A DNA stretch of 64,000 bases from Saccostrea cucullata. Its lineage: Eukaryota. The first letter of the stretch is position 1. Each line of letters begins with the position of its first letter. Shown here in pieces: positions 13,901 through 27,183 of the stretch. The stretch spans positions 1 to 64,000 of the forward strand of contig NW_026937195.1 of the NCBI RefSeq assembly GCF_032062105.1. The letters are read 5' to 3'. Under the pieces are notes generated by a model. The model did no database searches. It was not told the origin of the DNA and saw only the letters and a list, made by a program, of their open reading frames with translations. The translations under genes were made by a program, and so were the position numbers.

Positions 13901-16900
13901 TCCCTATAAAAATTGTGTTGACGAGTTCGCCTCGCGTCACAATATCAATAAAGAGATAAATAACCAATAAAAGTTAGATATCTTGGATCTTAGATATTTT
14001 GCTGTTTATAATTAATCAAATGAAGATTCTAAATGTAGTAAGCCTTTTGGGTCTAAGTGAATGTTTTGCAAATGTTATATGGGGAATAGTCGGTTGAGGA
14101 GAAAATAAACGAATATTAACACAGTAAACAAGATTTCGACCATGCAGGGGCTCTTTCATAGAAAGGATTATCACTTTAGATGAGAACTAAGGATTGTACT
14201 TTTTGAAAAATAAATAAGTGTTTCTTAGGGTAAACTTTATCGGGAAGGAAATGACCTTTGTTACCTATAATGACTGGCCATTTGTTTCCAGATGGGCAGG
14301 GATATCTCTAGTTCTCGGGAATCTGACCACCAACCACAGCCGCCTTCTGGTCGTTGGGCGGTAAATAATGACAGTTTAAAGCCATGGATAAGTGGAAGAA
14401 AGGGTCCGTGTGTGCAGGGCGAGCCTGTGGATTATGACAGTGAGTAGTAACATGTAGATATCTATAAAGTAATCTATCTAAATTACCGTTTCAGATTGTG
14501 ATTCATAGACATACATTCAATGTACTTTGTTTTTGAAAATATAAATTTTAATTTTGCTGAGGATTATTCAAATTACATGGGAACATGTTACCTGTGAAAA
14601 TCTTGTTGCCTAAATGTTCCAAAGTACTGATACTGAATAGTATTGTTGCCAGAGCCGTCCGGCGAGGAAACCTTGTCTGTGGAAGATGTTGAGGATAACG
14701 TGGACCAAGAGGAGAATCCAGAATACTCCGCCGTTTCCGGGACTGACCCCTCAGTCGAACCGATAGACACAGTGAGTGATGAATGGATTGAATGCTGTGC
14801 TTTACATCCAAACCAAATATTTCAGTAATTGTAGAAAAGTGCCAAATTTAGAGTACTATTATGAGATATTATCAAGCCAATTGATTAGGAATTAGGTTCA
14901 TCATTCTGCAAACATTTACAAGGGTATTTGTTATGAAATACATCTCTTCACTTGTTTTGTTTGTTGACCATTTTGGCGAATGAACAGTCGTTATCTATAA
15001 TGAAGTCTTTTAAATGGATTAAAAATTAAATCAAAGTCGGCAAGAGTTGTAAACAAAACCGTCTGCGCAAAAATACAGCGTCCTAACAACTGAACAGGCA
15101 AAATGTTCTTATTTCAATCTGACACGGAAGAAATTGATCAAGTATTGTTAAAAGAAAATGAAAGCCATTGAAGAAATATACACAACACTGATGTGGATTT
15201 CTTCCAATTTTCAAAAAAAAGACATTGTCCAAAAATCCAGTTTGGATCAATTTTGAAACGTTATGATATATTTATAAAGTATTAAATAACAAAGAAACAA
15301 ATTTGTGACGAACGTCCTATAGATTTAGGAGACAAATAATGGCACAATTGGAACTTGTGTCCAGTCCCTTTGACATGTTGTCAATGAATATGATCAAAAC
15401 AAACAAACAAGACACAATTAAGTAGCGCTCTGACTAAATCGAGAGAGGGGGTAGAGAGAGAGAAACAATACCCAAATATATATGCTGAAACTGAACATTT
15501 ATAAAATCAGACAATATTACTAGTCCAATCCTTTATTGCCAATGTCTAAGGTCTAGGTTTCCCCGTCCTCTGTCTGTCTAACTGGCTGTTAGTCTGTCCC
15601 ACTTGGCTTTCTGTGTTTTTAACACTTATAGTTACTAAGCTGACGTCCATTTTGAGAGTGTAACACGATGAGTTGAGTTACAGATCAGATTTGCGTTTCT
15701 TTCTGCTTCCATAACTTTTTACAGAATTATGACCATTTTGATTTTTGAGAGTAACCAGATTATACTTGTTGGTAGAAGACAAGTATATTACAGTACTCAG
15801 TTTGTTAAAGTTTACTTTTATAACATAAAAAGACTCTTTGTAGGAGATGGAAGAGGGAAAGACGGAAAATGAAGAAAGTCTGACTTCCATAAATCCGCGA
15901 GTGAGCCTCTCCTCCAAGTATTGGTCTAAGTCACAACTAGAAAACATCAGGTTAGTGATTCTGACTGGATTAATAAAATATATATACTCTAGATTTCAGT
16001 CTCAGGTCCAGTAGAGGAGCATCAGTTTAATGGTTGAAAATGGTGCACATAAATTGAAACGAAGGCTCTTGAATATTTTGAATATTTGAATATCAAAAAG
16101 AAATGTAGCCAGAAAAATGTATTTTTTTTTTTGGTCATTCAACATGTTCAAGTGAAAAAAAAATGCTGATTTTTAAAAAAAATTATAAATACCAATAAAA
16201 TTCTATTGTTTGATAATATAAATTCAAAAGGCATTATCTATTTCTTACATGCAGTGGACTTTTTTTTCATTCTAGTAAAATGACAATGCAGATCTGTATG
16301 CAGCAGCAAGACTTGCTTAATGTGAGTTTACAATCATTTCTAACTAGTCTAATGGTAGCCCATGGTCAGATTTAAATAGTACTTGTGCAAAGGTAGGTAG
16401 TATATGATAAAATGTAACTTGTTGGATGGTATTTAGTGGTAAATTTTGATTTTCTGATACCATTCGATGGTCAGATTTTACAAATTTGAATTGCCTTTAT
16501 AATTACATTTGTCCTATATATTTACTAGTAATAAGTGTAGCATATAAGTTCACGTGGTCAGTTTTTAGTTGGGTACTTTTTATAAAACACATCTTTTACT
16601 ACCATGCCCCGTTCTGAGGTCATGAGGTATATTTTTACAGTAGAGACTTATTAGTATATGATTAAATGTTAATTTTAGTAGAATTTTTACCGACCTTGAG
16701 AGTCAAACATGTCACAATAGACTTGAACTGTTGATAATAGTTTTCTTTAAATATCGGAATATTGTATTTTGATCCATAACCTTAACATTTAAAAAAAACA
16801 TTCCATCAAAATATTAGGTCTATTTATTTTTACATATCAAATTAATAATAAGAAAGTTTTCACTGGTTTTATGTTTGATAAATCTTAGATCAAACAAGAC

Positions 16901-17293
16901 AAAATGCAAGAAAACCTCACCCAGGAAAGTGAAGAAACCAAAGAGTCATCATCTGGAACGAAGGAGAAGGAAATCATGCTTGACCTGCCATGCATCTTTC
17001 CTCGGGAGATTTCCTTAACTTCAGGACAACAACCAAACGTAGCTTCAGAGGAAGACTTTGATGATACCTCAAAAGAAAAGAAAGATGACACTCTTACACA
17101 AGGTATCCAAGAAAGAGATGAAATTTCTTTAAGGCGGGAAATGTTGAATACACTTAAGGAATTACTGGAAGCAACAAGACAGAATGGACGTCTGTTGATG
17201 ACGTTAGACTCCAGTATTAAGAAGAATACAATGGTACTACAAAACTTAGCTGACTTACAAAGGGAAAAACTCAGGGAGGAGGAGAGTTGTTAA
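7928..17293 (+). CDS. MAPKBP1: MAPKBP1/WDR62-family WD40 protein, 3' half. Exons 7928-8019, 9059-9255, 9398-9522, 11903-12261, 12557-12809, 14292-14439, 14653(or 14641)-14771, 15844-15950, 16276-16321, 16889-17293; 1-nt frameshift at ~11964-11967
   Basis: Phase-consistent GT-AG exons encoding KIEAHDQEILCVQYS, MASGSRDRLIHVF, TLADHSSSVTAIKF, TACQDRNIRVYNIETGKQ, DPSGQYAFTSCSDKSL, GHSEQINGVKF...VSVSSDGCIFVWRL, GLPDW, PSGRWA and NPRVSLSSKY, collinear with remembered human MAPKBP1/WDR62; AATAAA at 17623. Confidence 0.85.
9860..11240 (-). mobile_element. Degenerate Penelope-like retroelement (RT fragments) in an intron; short tail copies at ~7020-7260, ~8270-8360 and ~21000-21200
   Basis: Minus-strand GIPTGTNCAPLLADL, FRYIDDVL, IYPSELEIKDTT, AYGVYI.QLIRYARACS and KFYGRYNDLV; tail motif GGCACCTGATCCCACCTCTG. 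Confidence 0.75.
12849..12936. repeat. Exact ~40-bp tandem duplication
   Basis: ATGGGTCAACGTGATCAAGATTATAATGGTGATGGCTTAT twice, followed by a third ATGGGTCA. Confidence 0.85.
12983..13848 (+). mobile_element. Probable solo LTR in an intron
   Basis: TGTAAC...GTTACA termini, TATAAATAG at 13191, AATAAA downstream; flanks GTTT/GTGT give only an imperfect 4-bp TSD. Confidence 0.5.
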
Positions 17294-20200
17294 AAGACTA
17301 CCCTCTCCAAGGTGAACATGCTGATGAAATTTAAAGGACACATATTCAAAAGCAGAACAATCATCCCTTTTATTACAGAAGATCAATTTAATTTGTACCT
17401 AAGAAATGAGTATTTATCTCCATATTTTCTAAATGTAGACTGTATATTTATTTTAACGCATTGTTAGGAGTTTATATATCATATTGATATATTTTGATAT
17501 ATGAATAGCATGTTTACTACTTAGTACTTACTTCTTAACAATGCAATGCTCTTAACCATAAGTATCAACCTACATCGTAAAAAGCATTGTATTTATAGCA
17601 AAAGATTGTGATTCCTACATGTAATAAAAGTTTTCATTTGTTTATAGTTTAATTCAACAAGTGTCAGTATATCATTTAGATACGGTTTGAAAACAGCATA
17701 AAACTATGTACATGTGTAAAATAAAGATATAATTAATAAACTTGGAGGAAATTTTCCGAGAACATCTCAGAATTTTTGGATGAATAAAGTACATACGGAG
17801 AAAAGAAAGATAGGGTTCATCCAAGATCAGTCAGGCCTCAAGACAATTTACTGAGAAATCAATAAACTTAAGCCAAAATTTTGATTCTCAATATATCTTA
17901 TTATTATCTTACTAAGTATTTATAATATTACAAACGTTTAAATATTTCCATTTCTATTTTTTTTTTCTCTGTTATAACTCTTTGTAAGTATGAGGAGGAT
18001 ATTTCTTGATAATTCTGCCGGAATGTAAATTAGGCAGGTCGATAGGTCAGGAGCAAAGGAGGCCTAATACGCTTGCAAATCTGGTGCGCATCTGTCTCTG
18101 TGTCTGACTCTTAGGAGGCCAAATATGCATGTAAATCTCGTGTAACTGCCTTTCTGTTTGACGGCAGTGGGCGAGGAATAATAAAATTGGGATGGAAGTC
18201 CTCGTGTTATTTAAATCTATTAGTCTACATTTTTAAAGTCTAAATCTACAATTTTTTTTCGCCCGTTATGCAAATTATCCCATGTTTCCCACTATCGTTG
18301 ATGCTCTGGCATACTACACTAACTAGACAGTGATTCATTAAATAATTACATACTATCAAATGACGAAAAATTTCTCGAATGATCAAAACTATTTTAAGAG
18401 TTATCTTTATTTTAAATGTTTTAAGTATGTTCTTAGTCTTAAGGCGGATAACCTCTGTACACTTCTTTTCTCAGTGTACCTTTTATTTCGGAAGTTATTA
18501 ATTTAAAAAATTTACAATTATTTTTCCTTACGAATACAGAAGACTGTGAATTATATTAATGAGTCATCTGAACCAAAATATAGCCATTGTGACGTCATAA
18601 AACTGTACTTGAATTTAAAAAATAGAATGAAATCTTAAATGATAGTTGAATTACATAATTTGTGGCCTATCATCAGATATATAATTTATATATACGATTA
18701 AATTCTACTTAACTTTAAATTCTTCAATTTGTGAATATTTGTGTGGTACATGAACAACTCTTCAAGTCTGCGTATTTATCATACCGAGATGGAATACTTC
18801 TTGACATAAGTCTGCAAGAAGCGTCATAGTTAATGCCTTCATACATAAATGAAAATTCAATTTCTTAACTATTTTAATCTTGAATACTTGATTTATAATT
18901 TGAAAAGGATTTGACACTTCATAAGAATAACATCCCATGAAGAATATTCTGTCTTAGTATATTTCTGCAATTTCCAGAACAAGTATATTAGTAATTTTAG
19001 GATGATCGATTTTTTCTTTTGTTTCACTTACATAAAAAACTAGAATGTGTGGAATAGTTGACATACTGATAATAAAAAAACATGAGAAATTTCCAATACA
19101 ATTGCCTCAGACAGACATATATGCTGAGTTAGATATGATTTAACATATTTATATACCTTTGATGTGATCATGGTGATATCTATAATATATGATGCCAATC
19201 TTGAACAAGTCCAGACTGTCCTCTTGTGCACACCTTTGGTCTGTGTGTTGAACACACCTGTAGAATTATATTATTGAAGTTATATAATTAGGACTTTCCC
19301 AAAAAAATCAATTGGTCTCTCTCTTGCTTGAAGATATTTAAAAACTCCCCAAAAAACTAAATCTGCATGCACTCCAAACTTAAGTAGCTCTGAAGATTTA
19401 TTTATACTGAGAAATTAAAACACCTTTAATGTATTGACAGTATTTAGCACGAGACAGCTGAATTATTTACTAAATCGATATATTTGAAAAAATAAAGAAA
19501 CATCAGTTATAATTTCTCATTGTATTATGCATTTTTTTTACTCTGCCAAAAATATACTTGACATTACAGAGAAGTTTGGTTTATATCTTACCTCTTCAAG
19601 AGACAGAAGAAACCATTTTCCACAATGACCTCAAAATGTGTATGAAAATGACACTCATCCTCTTTCAACCCAAGGACTAGCTGGATACAAATGCTAATTT
19701 CATAAGCGTCGGAACTGGAGGGGGTGGTTAGTCATCCCCCTTTTTAAAAAATAATTTGCACTGAAAAAAGTTCGAACCACCTTGAGGTAGAATTGTCATG
19801 CGGCAATGCTCTAATTTGCGACTTATTAAACATTCATTAATTCTAAAATTCTCAAGAATTCACCAAATTTGTGAGCATTTTGATTTTTTTTGGCCAATGT
19901 CAAATTATTTCAAACAATTGTTTTTTTCTGAATAGAAGAAAGAAAATTGAGAAGTGGAGAAATTCATTTTTCAGCAATGGGTCTGTCTTGTGTTTACTCT
20001 GTCAACTTGTTTGTTTTTTAGTCAGCAAATGTGCGAATGAAATTTCGCTTTGCGTCAGTGCAAACAGAGCTCAGGTAGACCATATAAAGTGACAGAGGAC
20101 AGGGTTTTTTCTAGGGGCAATCAAAATGTATGGCTGACTTTTTCCGTAAAATTTAGCTGATTGTAATATTTATATTGGAAAATCTGAAAAATTTCACTAC

Positions 20201-21408
20201 ATGAAACAATTATTATAGCTTTATCTTGCTACTTCAGGATTTTGGGGCTTTTTAGGAATAAAATATTTAAGTTTTACAAATTGAGTCAATATGATGACAC
20301 AGGGACAGTCTCAAAATTTTATAAAAATTTAGACTATTTTCTATTGTCATCTTCCCATATTTCTTTAGTAATTCATGTATACCCTTAACATTTAAATGCC
20401 GTTTGAAGTTAGCATTTCGCAAAGTCTATGGTCGATCGATACAATGACATCCATTCTAAGTGAAAAACATCTTCTTTCTCCATATTATAACTATGAGACA
20501 ATATCTTAAACGAGTGTGGTGATTCGGAAAGTCGGATCACGACGTCGCGTGATTGCATTAATTCAACAGTAAAATTGAGTAATACACAAATGTGTATATA
20601 ATAAATGGAATTTATCATAAATAAGTTAGGAGTTTTGAGATTTTTACAGGTGAAATATATTCCATATTCAACTAAAAAATGCTAAATTTTCTGTTTATTT
20701 CGTTTTCTTCGATTTTCTCATTGCCACCATATTTTCTTAACACACCGTCATAGACTGTGACGACATGTAGTTGAGTGAAAAACATTCATAGCTTAGCGAT
20801 TTTGAGATTGAAAAAATTATAATATTATAATCATGGATTCCCGCAAAATATTTGGAGAACCTTTGGCGGTTTTATTCTCTTATAGGATCGTTTATTACTC
20901 TCCGTATATTATGGGTCAGGGAGACTTTTTAACGACAACATGAGTGAACAAAAGGAAAACCGAGAGCTTTGCCTCGCCCCTGATTTTCCTTTTGTCATTG
21001 TGATAAGACATTACTTTGATATTTTGTTACATCATTCACATTACTCAGTGTGATTTCTGACAGCAAACCTTTATATGAAGTTGGGATCTTTCTCAACTTG
21101 GACAAGTACGGTAAATAGTAGATAAATGGAGATAACAAACAGTATTCAAACTCAAAAGTCCCTAAAACAATACAAAGTAGAAGCAGAGCAAACACGGACC
21201 TCTTTTATTTGCAACAATTTTTACAAGCAGCTTGTCAGGCTACGACTAATTTTTGTGACAGAAAAAATATACTACGTAAATACATCATAACATAAATAGC
21301 GCGAGTACTGAATACCAGGCAGTTTGGTCAACATTTTAGGAATTCGTTTTTAAGTGCATCGTTTAAACTTTCATCATAATACTAGAAATATACAGATCAG
21401 GAATGGTT

Positions 21409-23085
21409 TCATTGCAGATACTTGATTTTCTTCACTTGTGTGGTACTATATTGAACAACGAACGGATTGTCATTTGTATCTATACACAGTCCATGGGGAT
21501 CACTCAGTCCACAGTCTATGTAACAGAGGAACTGTCCATCCTGGTCTATGATGTGGACACAGTCATTGTAATAATCAGCTGTGAGGATGTGACTCTGACT
21601 GTCTGTAGTGATTCCTACCGGATCGAACCATTGGTTCTTTGGAGCAGGAGTATGTCCAGTGTACCTGAATCTGAGTTTCCCGGCCTGATTGACCACCACT
21701 ACTGCTCCAGCTCCCTCATCAGACACACAAATATCAAGGTTTTTATTCTCAGTTATGTACTTAGGAAATATACAAAAACCAAGAGAGTAAAGAGATTTCC
21801 CTTCATCATCAAACTGAATGGTTTGTTTCTCTGTTGAGCCAGAGTAACGGACAACTTTAGTTTGTTTGTCATCATCACTGCGCATGATAACCAGGAGGTC
21901 ACCAGAGGAGGTAGTACAGATACTCTCAGATACCCAGTTCTGCTGTATTCTGATCAACTCTTCTTTCTCTTCATTCTTCATAATGTTCATAGTTCCATCA
22001 CTTTGACAGTAATTAATGTAAATAAGATTTTTTGTCACTGCTATGTCTATTGGTGTGTTTTCTGGCTTGGTTGTGATTGACTTGAGTAGTGATCCCTGAT
22101 TGATGCTGTAGAGTTTCATAGTGCTGTCACCTCCACTTGTCCAGATTTCTTCATCACTCAGGCAGGCCAAATATGAAAGTGCATATCCTGTGTCTATGAA
22201 GGTTACAGTCTCTGGTTCATCAAGCAGCTGTTTGACAGGAGGAGAGGATTCAGCTTCTGGTGATTTCTGTGTAGTCTTCAAGCTGTAGCTATCTTTATTA
22301 AAAGTTAAAGAACTTGATGATAGAGCCCCAAAATTTTTACTAACTTCTTCTCCTTGAATTTTTCCTGGCATGAATTTTGGTAAAGATGGCACGATTTTGT
22401 ATGGAAGCTTTCTGTATATGTCTACATCAAACTCAAGACTGAACAATTTTGAAAAGTCATTAAATTTTACGATAACATTGACTCATTCAATGTCATTCTC
22501 CATGTTGGAAAATTTCTGCTTTATTTCATCCAGATGTTTTTGTAGAGTTGTAACAGTGAAGTTTTCATCTCATCAACTTCAACTTTAGTTTCTTGACAAG
22601 TTTGTCAATTTATCCGTGCCAGTCCTCTCCATGTTTTGTTATGGCTGCTGACAGATCTCTATATTCCTTTTCTAACTGACTCAAAGTGTTTTGTACATCA
22701 GAGGCAATGTCCTGGTAAATGGGATAAACTGTTTCTTTAAATTCAGTTTGTTCTTGAATTATTTTGTTCTTTTTTTCATCCAGAATTTTCAAAATTGTCG
22801 AAGATGTATGACCTAGATGTTGATCAGAGGCTATGCAAGTTTTGCAGATAGGAATGTCACATTGATTACAGTACATGCTACATTTTTCTTGGATATGAGA
22901 GATGCATCCAGGGTGGATGGGGCGGATTTCCTGACTTTGTGATCCTTGGATTCTTCAGATATGATGTGTTCTCCTACACAGGCCTTACACAGGTTGACAA
23001 GACACGTATCACAGTGCACCTGTACCATAGCAGTCACACACAGGTCACATCGCATCACACCCTGGGTACTGGTACTGGGATCCAT
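21409..23085 (-). pseudogene. B-box x2 / coiled-coil / NHL-repeat TRIM-like (RING-less) pseudogene, paralogue of 43218-44867
   Basis: Three ORF pieces collinear with the intact paralogue: CDLC..HCDTCLVNLCKAC, YCNQCDIPICKTC, PVGITTDSQSHILTAD. Lesions: ~15-bp deletion plus frameshift near 22920, GAA>TAA at 22610-22612, frameshift near 22560. Confidence 0.85.
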
Positions 23086-23568
23086 TATTAGACGTTATGC
23101 CCTTAGAATATAAAGAAATCTTAAGAATATTACCGAAATGTTTTCAAGTCTAAAATTTATCGCTGATTTTACCTATATGAAAAAATTATTATCGCACTTT
23201 TTGTCGAAAGATTACTTATTCATTTTTTTATTGAAAAGAAAGCAATCTTTTAGATTTTGCTATGATTAAATGACTTTGCATATTTCCCCAACCCAATATT
23301 TAAAATTAATAAAAAGCTGTGAACATTTGTGAGAAAATGATGTATGCAATTGGAAAATGCAATCAGTCATTAGGAAACAGATACATGTGCGATATATTTG
23401 AGTGCCTGTAAACATGACAAGCCCCTACATTAAAAGTTTCTGGATATAAAATTTAAAAAAATGAATTTTTAATTCAATATGTTGAAAAAACTATATAATG
23501 ATATACAGTGTATGTTGTTTCAGAAAATTAGATAAAATATAAACAACATTTTAAAGGAATATCCTACC

Positions 23569-23650
23569 TGATTGTTACAGCTGTAAATGAATCAAAATGG
23601 CCACCTCCCAGTACACGTATATATTCTTTGTTTTTACTGAGATCATGACT
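23569..23650 (-). other. Probable 5' UTR exon of the minus-strand TRIM-like gene
   Basis: Ends AG|GTAGG and shares AGTCA..AGTAAA..TGTACTGGG with the equivalent exon of the paralogue at ~42594-42664. Confidence 0.5.
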
Positions 23651-24884
23651 ACCCAGGATATACCTGACAGTGTCTAAAGCTTCATTCTGCCTGATTTAAA
23701 AGCAAGATTTTAAAAACGCAAACATTTTAATGTATTATGTACTTTAATGTCCCACTTATAAGGAGTTGCACCTTGCACAAAACATTTAATACCATGAATT
23801 CAGCAGAGAATCGAGATTTAACTTGGAGCTCGTATTACGTTGAATTTCTTTCAGGACTTGACAGAACTAACATTGTTGCAAATAAAACAGGAGTACATTT
23901 ATGTCTAGGACCAGTATTTCCCATTTGAACTTCAAATTTCTATCATACCGGCGCCCCCCCCCCCTCCTAAAATTGTCGAAGTTAGAATAAATCAAAGTTT
24001 CGTCTAGAAAATGTAATTATGTCTACTTGGTAGACCTCATTTTTACCCTACAAATTCTCTAGAATCCAGGACCCAGACCCCTTGACTACTTTTGGCGCCC
24101 CATCTAACTTTAATTCCTGGATCCGCGCCTGTTATGTATTCGTTATTCTCACTCCTTTTACCCGCTTTTAACCATTTATTTTGTCTTGCAATCTGTAGAG
24201 CATGATACTAAAGGGGGATAAGAAAGTTCGTTCCATGATGAATAATTTTCAAAAAAATCAAACTAGTGCTTAACTATAGAGATGAATTTTCAAGTCTGGC
24301 AAATCATGAGAGTGTGCTTTAGATTTTACAGCAATTCATTTCTAGCAGGAAGTTATAGGAATTGTTTTGCCATATGAAAATATATGTGACATCTCTAACG
24401 CACCCGAATGAAGGAAATGCTGGTCATTTGTAAAGAAAATAAAGGACAATTTACTTTTGTTTTCTCATAGCTTATCTTGCATCAGATTAATATGATGAAC
24501 ATAGGTATAAGAACAATAGATAATTTCAAAAGAATAGGTTTTTTTATTTTAAATTTTCCACCTATTTGATAACTTTTGCATAATATTTGAAAGGATGCTT
24601 TGACATGTGTGCTCAATATATGTCACAAACATGGGTCATTCCTAATTTTTTTAAGATAGTTTTGCTTTACAGCTCAAAAGTACTCTTTAAACAAATATGC
24701 TTTTGTGAATTAATGAAATACACATTTTAAAAATAAACATTTTGCTACTAAACAAAGGCGCAAACAAAAGACTTACTAAATTTTGCAATTCTAACATTAC
24801 TCAATTTAAAGAAATTTGCATTTTTATTGATAATTTCCTTTATTTGAAATGCCTAGTTGGTCTCCTTATTTAAGGAATGCGCTT

Positions 24885-25880
24885 TTTATGTAACTTATGC
24901 CTGTTCGCTCTTTGGTGAGCATGGGGTCACAACCACGCTGCGCAATCTGACTCTGTTTTGGGCTGTGTTATTTCAATGGGTCCAGGTAAAACCTACCTCT
25001 GTTGCCTCCATTTTCAGTGACCTTCTGCATGTTTGCCCGGGTCTCCAAACCCCCCTCTCTTTCCTTGTATATTCAGAGCCTGTTTTCTAATGTTGAGGAT
25101 TTGCGTAAAGTTTGGCCTATCCAACCCCATTTTCTCTTCATGTCAATATATATTGGATACTGGTTGAATCTCTCCCATAAGCTGTTGTTTGATAATATTA
25201 ATGTTAAAGTCGTCTCTAAAAGAGACATGGACACAGTTTCAACTGAATTTTTTAAACCAATTTTAATGCTTACAATTCCTAACCAAGGTCCTTCGTTTTC
25301 TTTCCTAGAATTTCACTGCCTGCACTTTTTGAAATGTCTTGGAGCTTTACCCAGAGATCTTCTTAGGTTTTCTCTGCCAGACACTCTAGTGCCTCAAACT
25401 TGTTGTTTATTTCAATGTATTAGTTCTCCTTGTTTTAAGAAACTAGATGTTAAACCTGTAGTGCGGTGTTTTAGATTTGTCTTTGAATGCTCCGAGTTCC
25501 ATCCTCAGTGTAGTTATAACAAGTTGGTGATCTGAGGCTTCATCTGCTCCTCGTCTTGTCCTGACATCTAGCAAACAATTTCTCCACTTTTGCATGATGG
25601 TGAAATGATCTATTTTATTTTCTGTATTTCTATGTGGGGAATTCCAGGTTGTTTTTTGTATCTCCTTGTGTGGAAAGATTGTACCTCCTATAACTAGATC
25701 ATTGAAAGTGAAGGAAACGTTTCCATTTTCATTCGAGTTACCGATGCCATGTTATCCCATCGTGAGTCTTTGTTCGTGTTGTCATCTTCGACCTTTGCAT
25801 TCAAATCACCCATCACAATCTCTATATTTCTGTGAGGTACACGGTCTATCAATAACTGTAGTGCAGAATAAAATTCTAAA
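24885..25880 (-). mobile_element. RTE-clade LINE remnant (APE endonuclease piece joined to the 3' end; RT deleted)
   Basis: IVMGDLNAKV, IGGTIFPHK, TW.SP...N.IDH endonuclease motifs; C-terminal AQNRVRLR..V..PCS typical of RTE ORF ends. Confidence 0.75.
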
Positions 25881-26022
25881 ATTTTGAATGAATAGCTGCC
25901 TTTATTCATGTTAGGAACGAAATTTTCTAAGACCCGTTTTGCAACCGAGCAACGTTCTCGCAAAATCAAAACGTTTCCAAGAAATGGAATGAAAAAATAA
26001 TAATTCATCTCAGATTCTAGTG

Positions 26023-26992
26023 TTTTTATGCCCCCGTAAACGAAGTTTCGGGGATATATAGTTTTTTTGTCGTGTCCGTCCGTCTGTCTGTCTGTCTGTT
26101 TGTCAGCAAAAACTTTAACCTTGCCTATATCTTTTGATTTAGTGGAGCTATAACATTCATATTTCACATGTTTATTCCTTGTGACAAGACATTTCTTTGG
26201 GTACCACAAATTAGACCTTTTGACCTTGACCTTGGAGATTGACCAACTTTAACACAAAATTTTCAATTTTTACTTTGGCTACATATTCTGAATAATATAT
26301 TCCAGGAGATTTATACTTGACATATGTATTTCTTGGGGAAAGACCTTTCATTGAATACCAACAACCTTAACATTTGACCATGATCTTGGAGATTTCCATA
26401 CCTATGAAAAACCTTTAACCTTGCTTACACCTTTTGAACAATGAGAAGTAGGGCTTTCTTACTTCACATATGTAATCCTTGTGAAAAGACTTTTGATTAG
26501 ATATCAAGAACCATGACCCTTTGACGTTGACCTTAGGGTTTGACCTACTTTAAAAATACAACATTGACCACAATTTTTTTTACAGGTTAGGACTAGGGCA
26601 TTCATACTTCACAAATTTAATCCTTGTGACAAGACCTTTCATTTGATATCAAGAAACTTGACCCTTTGACCTTGACCTTGGATTTTAACTTCTTTTTACA
26701 AACTTTAACCTTGACCATAACGTTTGAACGGTAAGGCCAGTGCTTTCATACTTCCCATACGTAATCTTTGAGACAAGGCCTTTCTTTAATAACCAACAAT
26801 CTTGACCCTTTGACCTTGACCCGGAGTTTTTCCTATCTTATAAAATGTTTACCCTCGTGGTCATAACTCTGGAACAGGTGTAGCTAGCGTTTTATATTTG
26901 GCATTTCTTGTGAAAAGGCCTTACTTTTGGTACCAACATATTTGATCTGCATTTTAGAAAGCTTAATCTTCGCTATGTTGCCATACGAGAGC
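26023..26992 (-). mobile_element. HINE-like element, head truncated at the junction with the virus-like cassette
   Basis: Reverse complement of the 52521 family; lacks the first ~25 bp (AACAAGATGTGTTTGTGAAACAC). Confidence 0.8.
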
Positions 26993-27141
26993 TCATGAAT
27001 GGGTGAGAAGACATCACAATGGGAGAATGGCTGCGTCAGTAGTAAACAAAACGTAGATGGAAATGTAAAAAAAAAAACAAACAAACATAAGTAATTCATG
27101 TTTTTTTTTTTTGCACACGACCCTGTCTTATCCTCCAAGGG

Positions 27142-27177
27142 TATAAATACAAGGTGTAAAGGATGATCATCATCAGT
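27142..27177 (+). promoter_or_regulatory. TATA box + TCAGT initiator upstream of the Rep-like/macro ORF
   Basis: TATAAA 27142-27147, TCAGT 27173-27177, ATG 27184. Confidence 0.5.
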
Positions 27178-27183
27178 TGGGGC

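Noticed and set aside
27038-27043. AGTAGT as the left terminus of the Polinton-like element
   Set aside because: The following sequence does not match the inverted right end and it is not preceded by CATAAT
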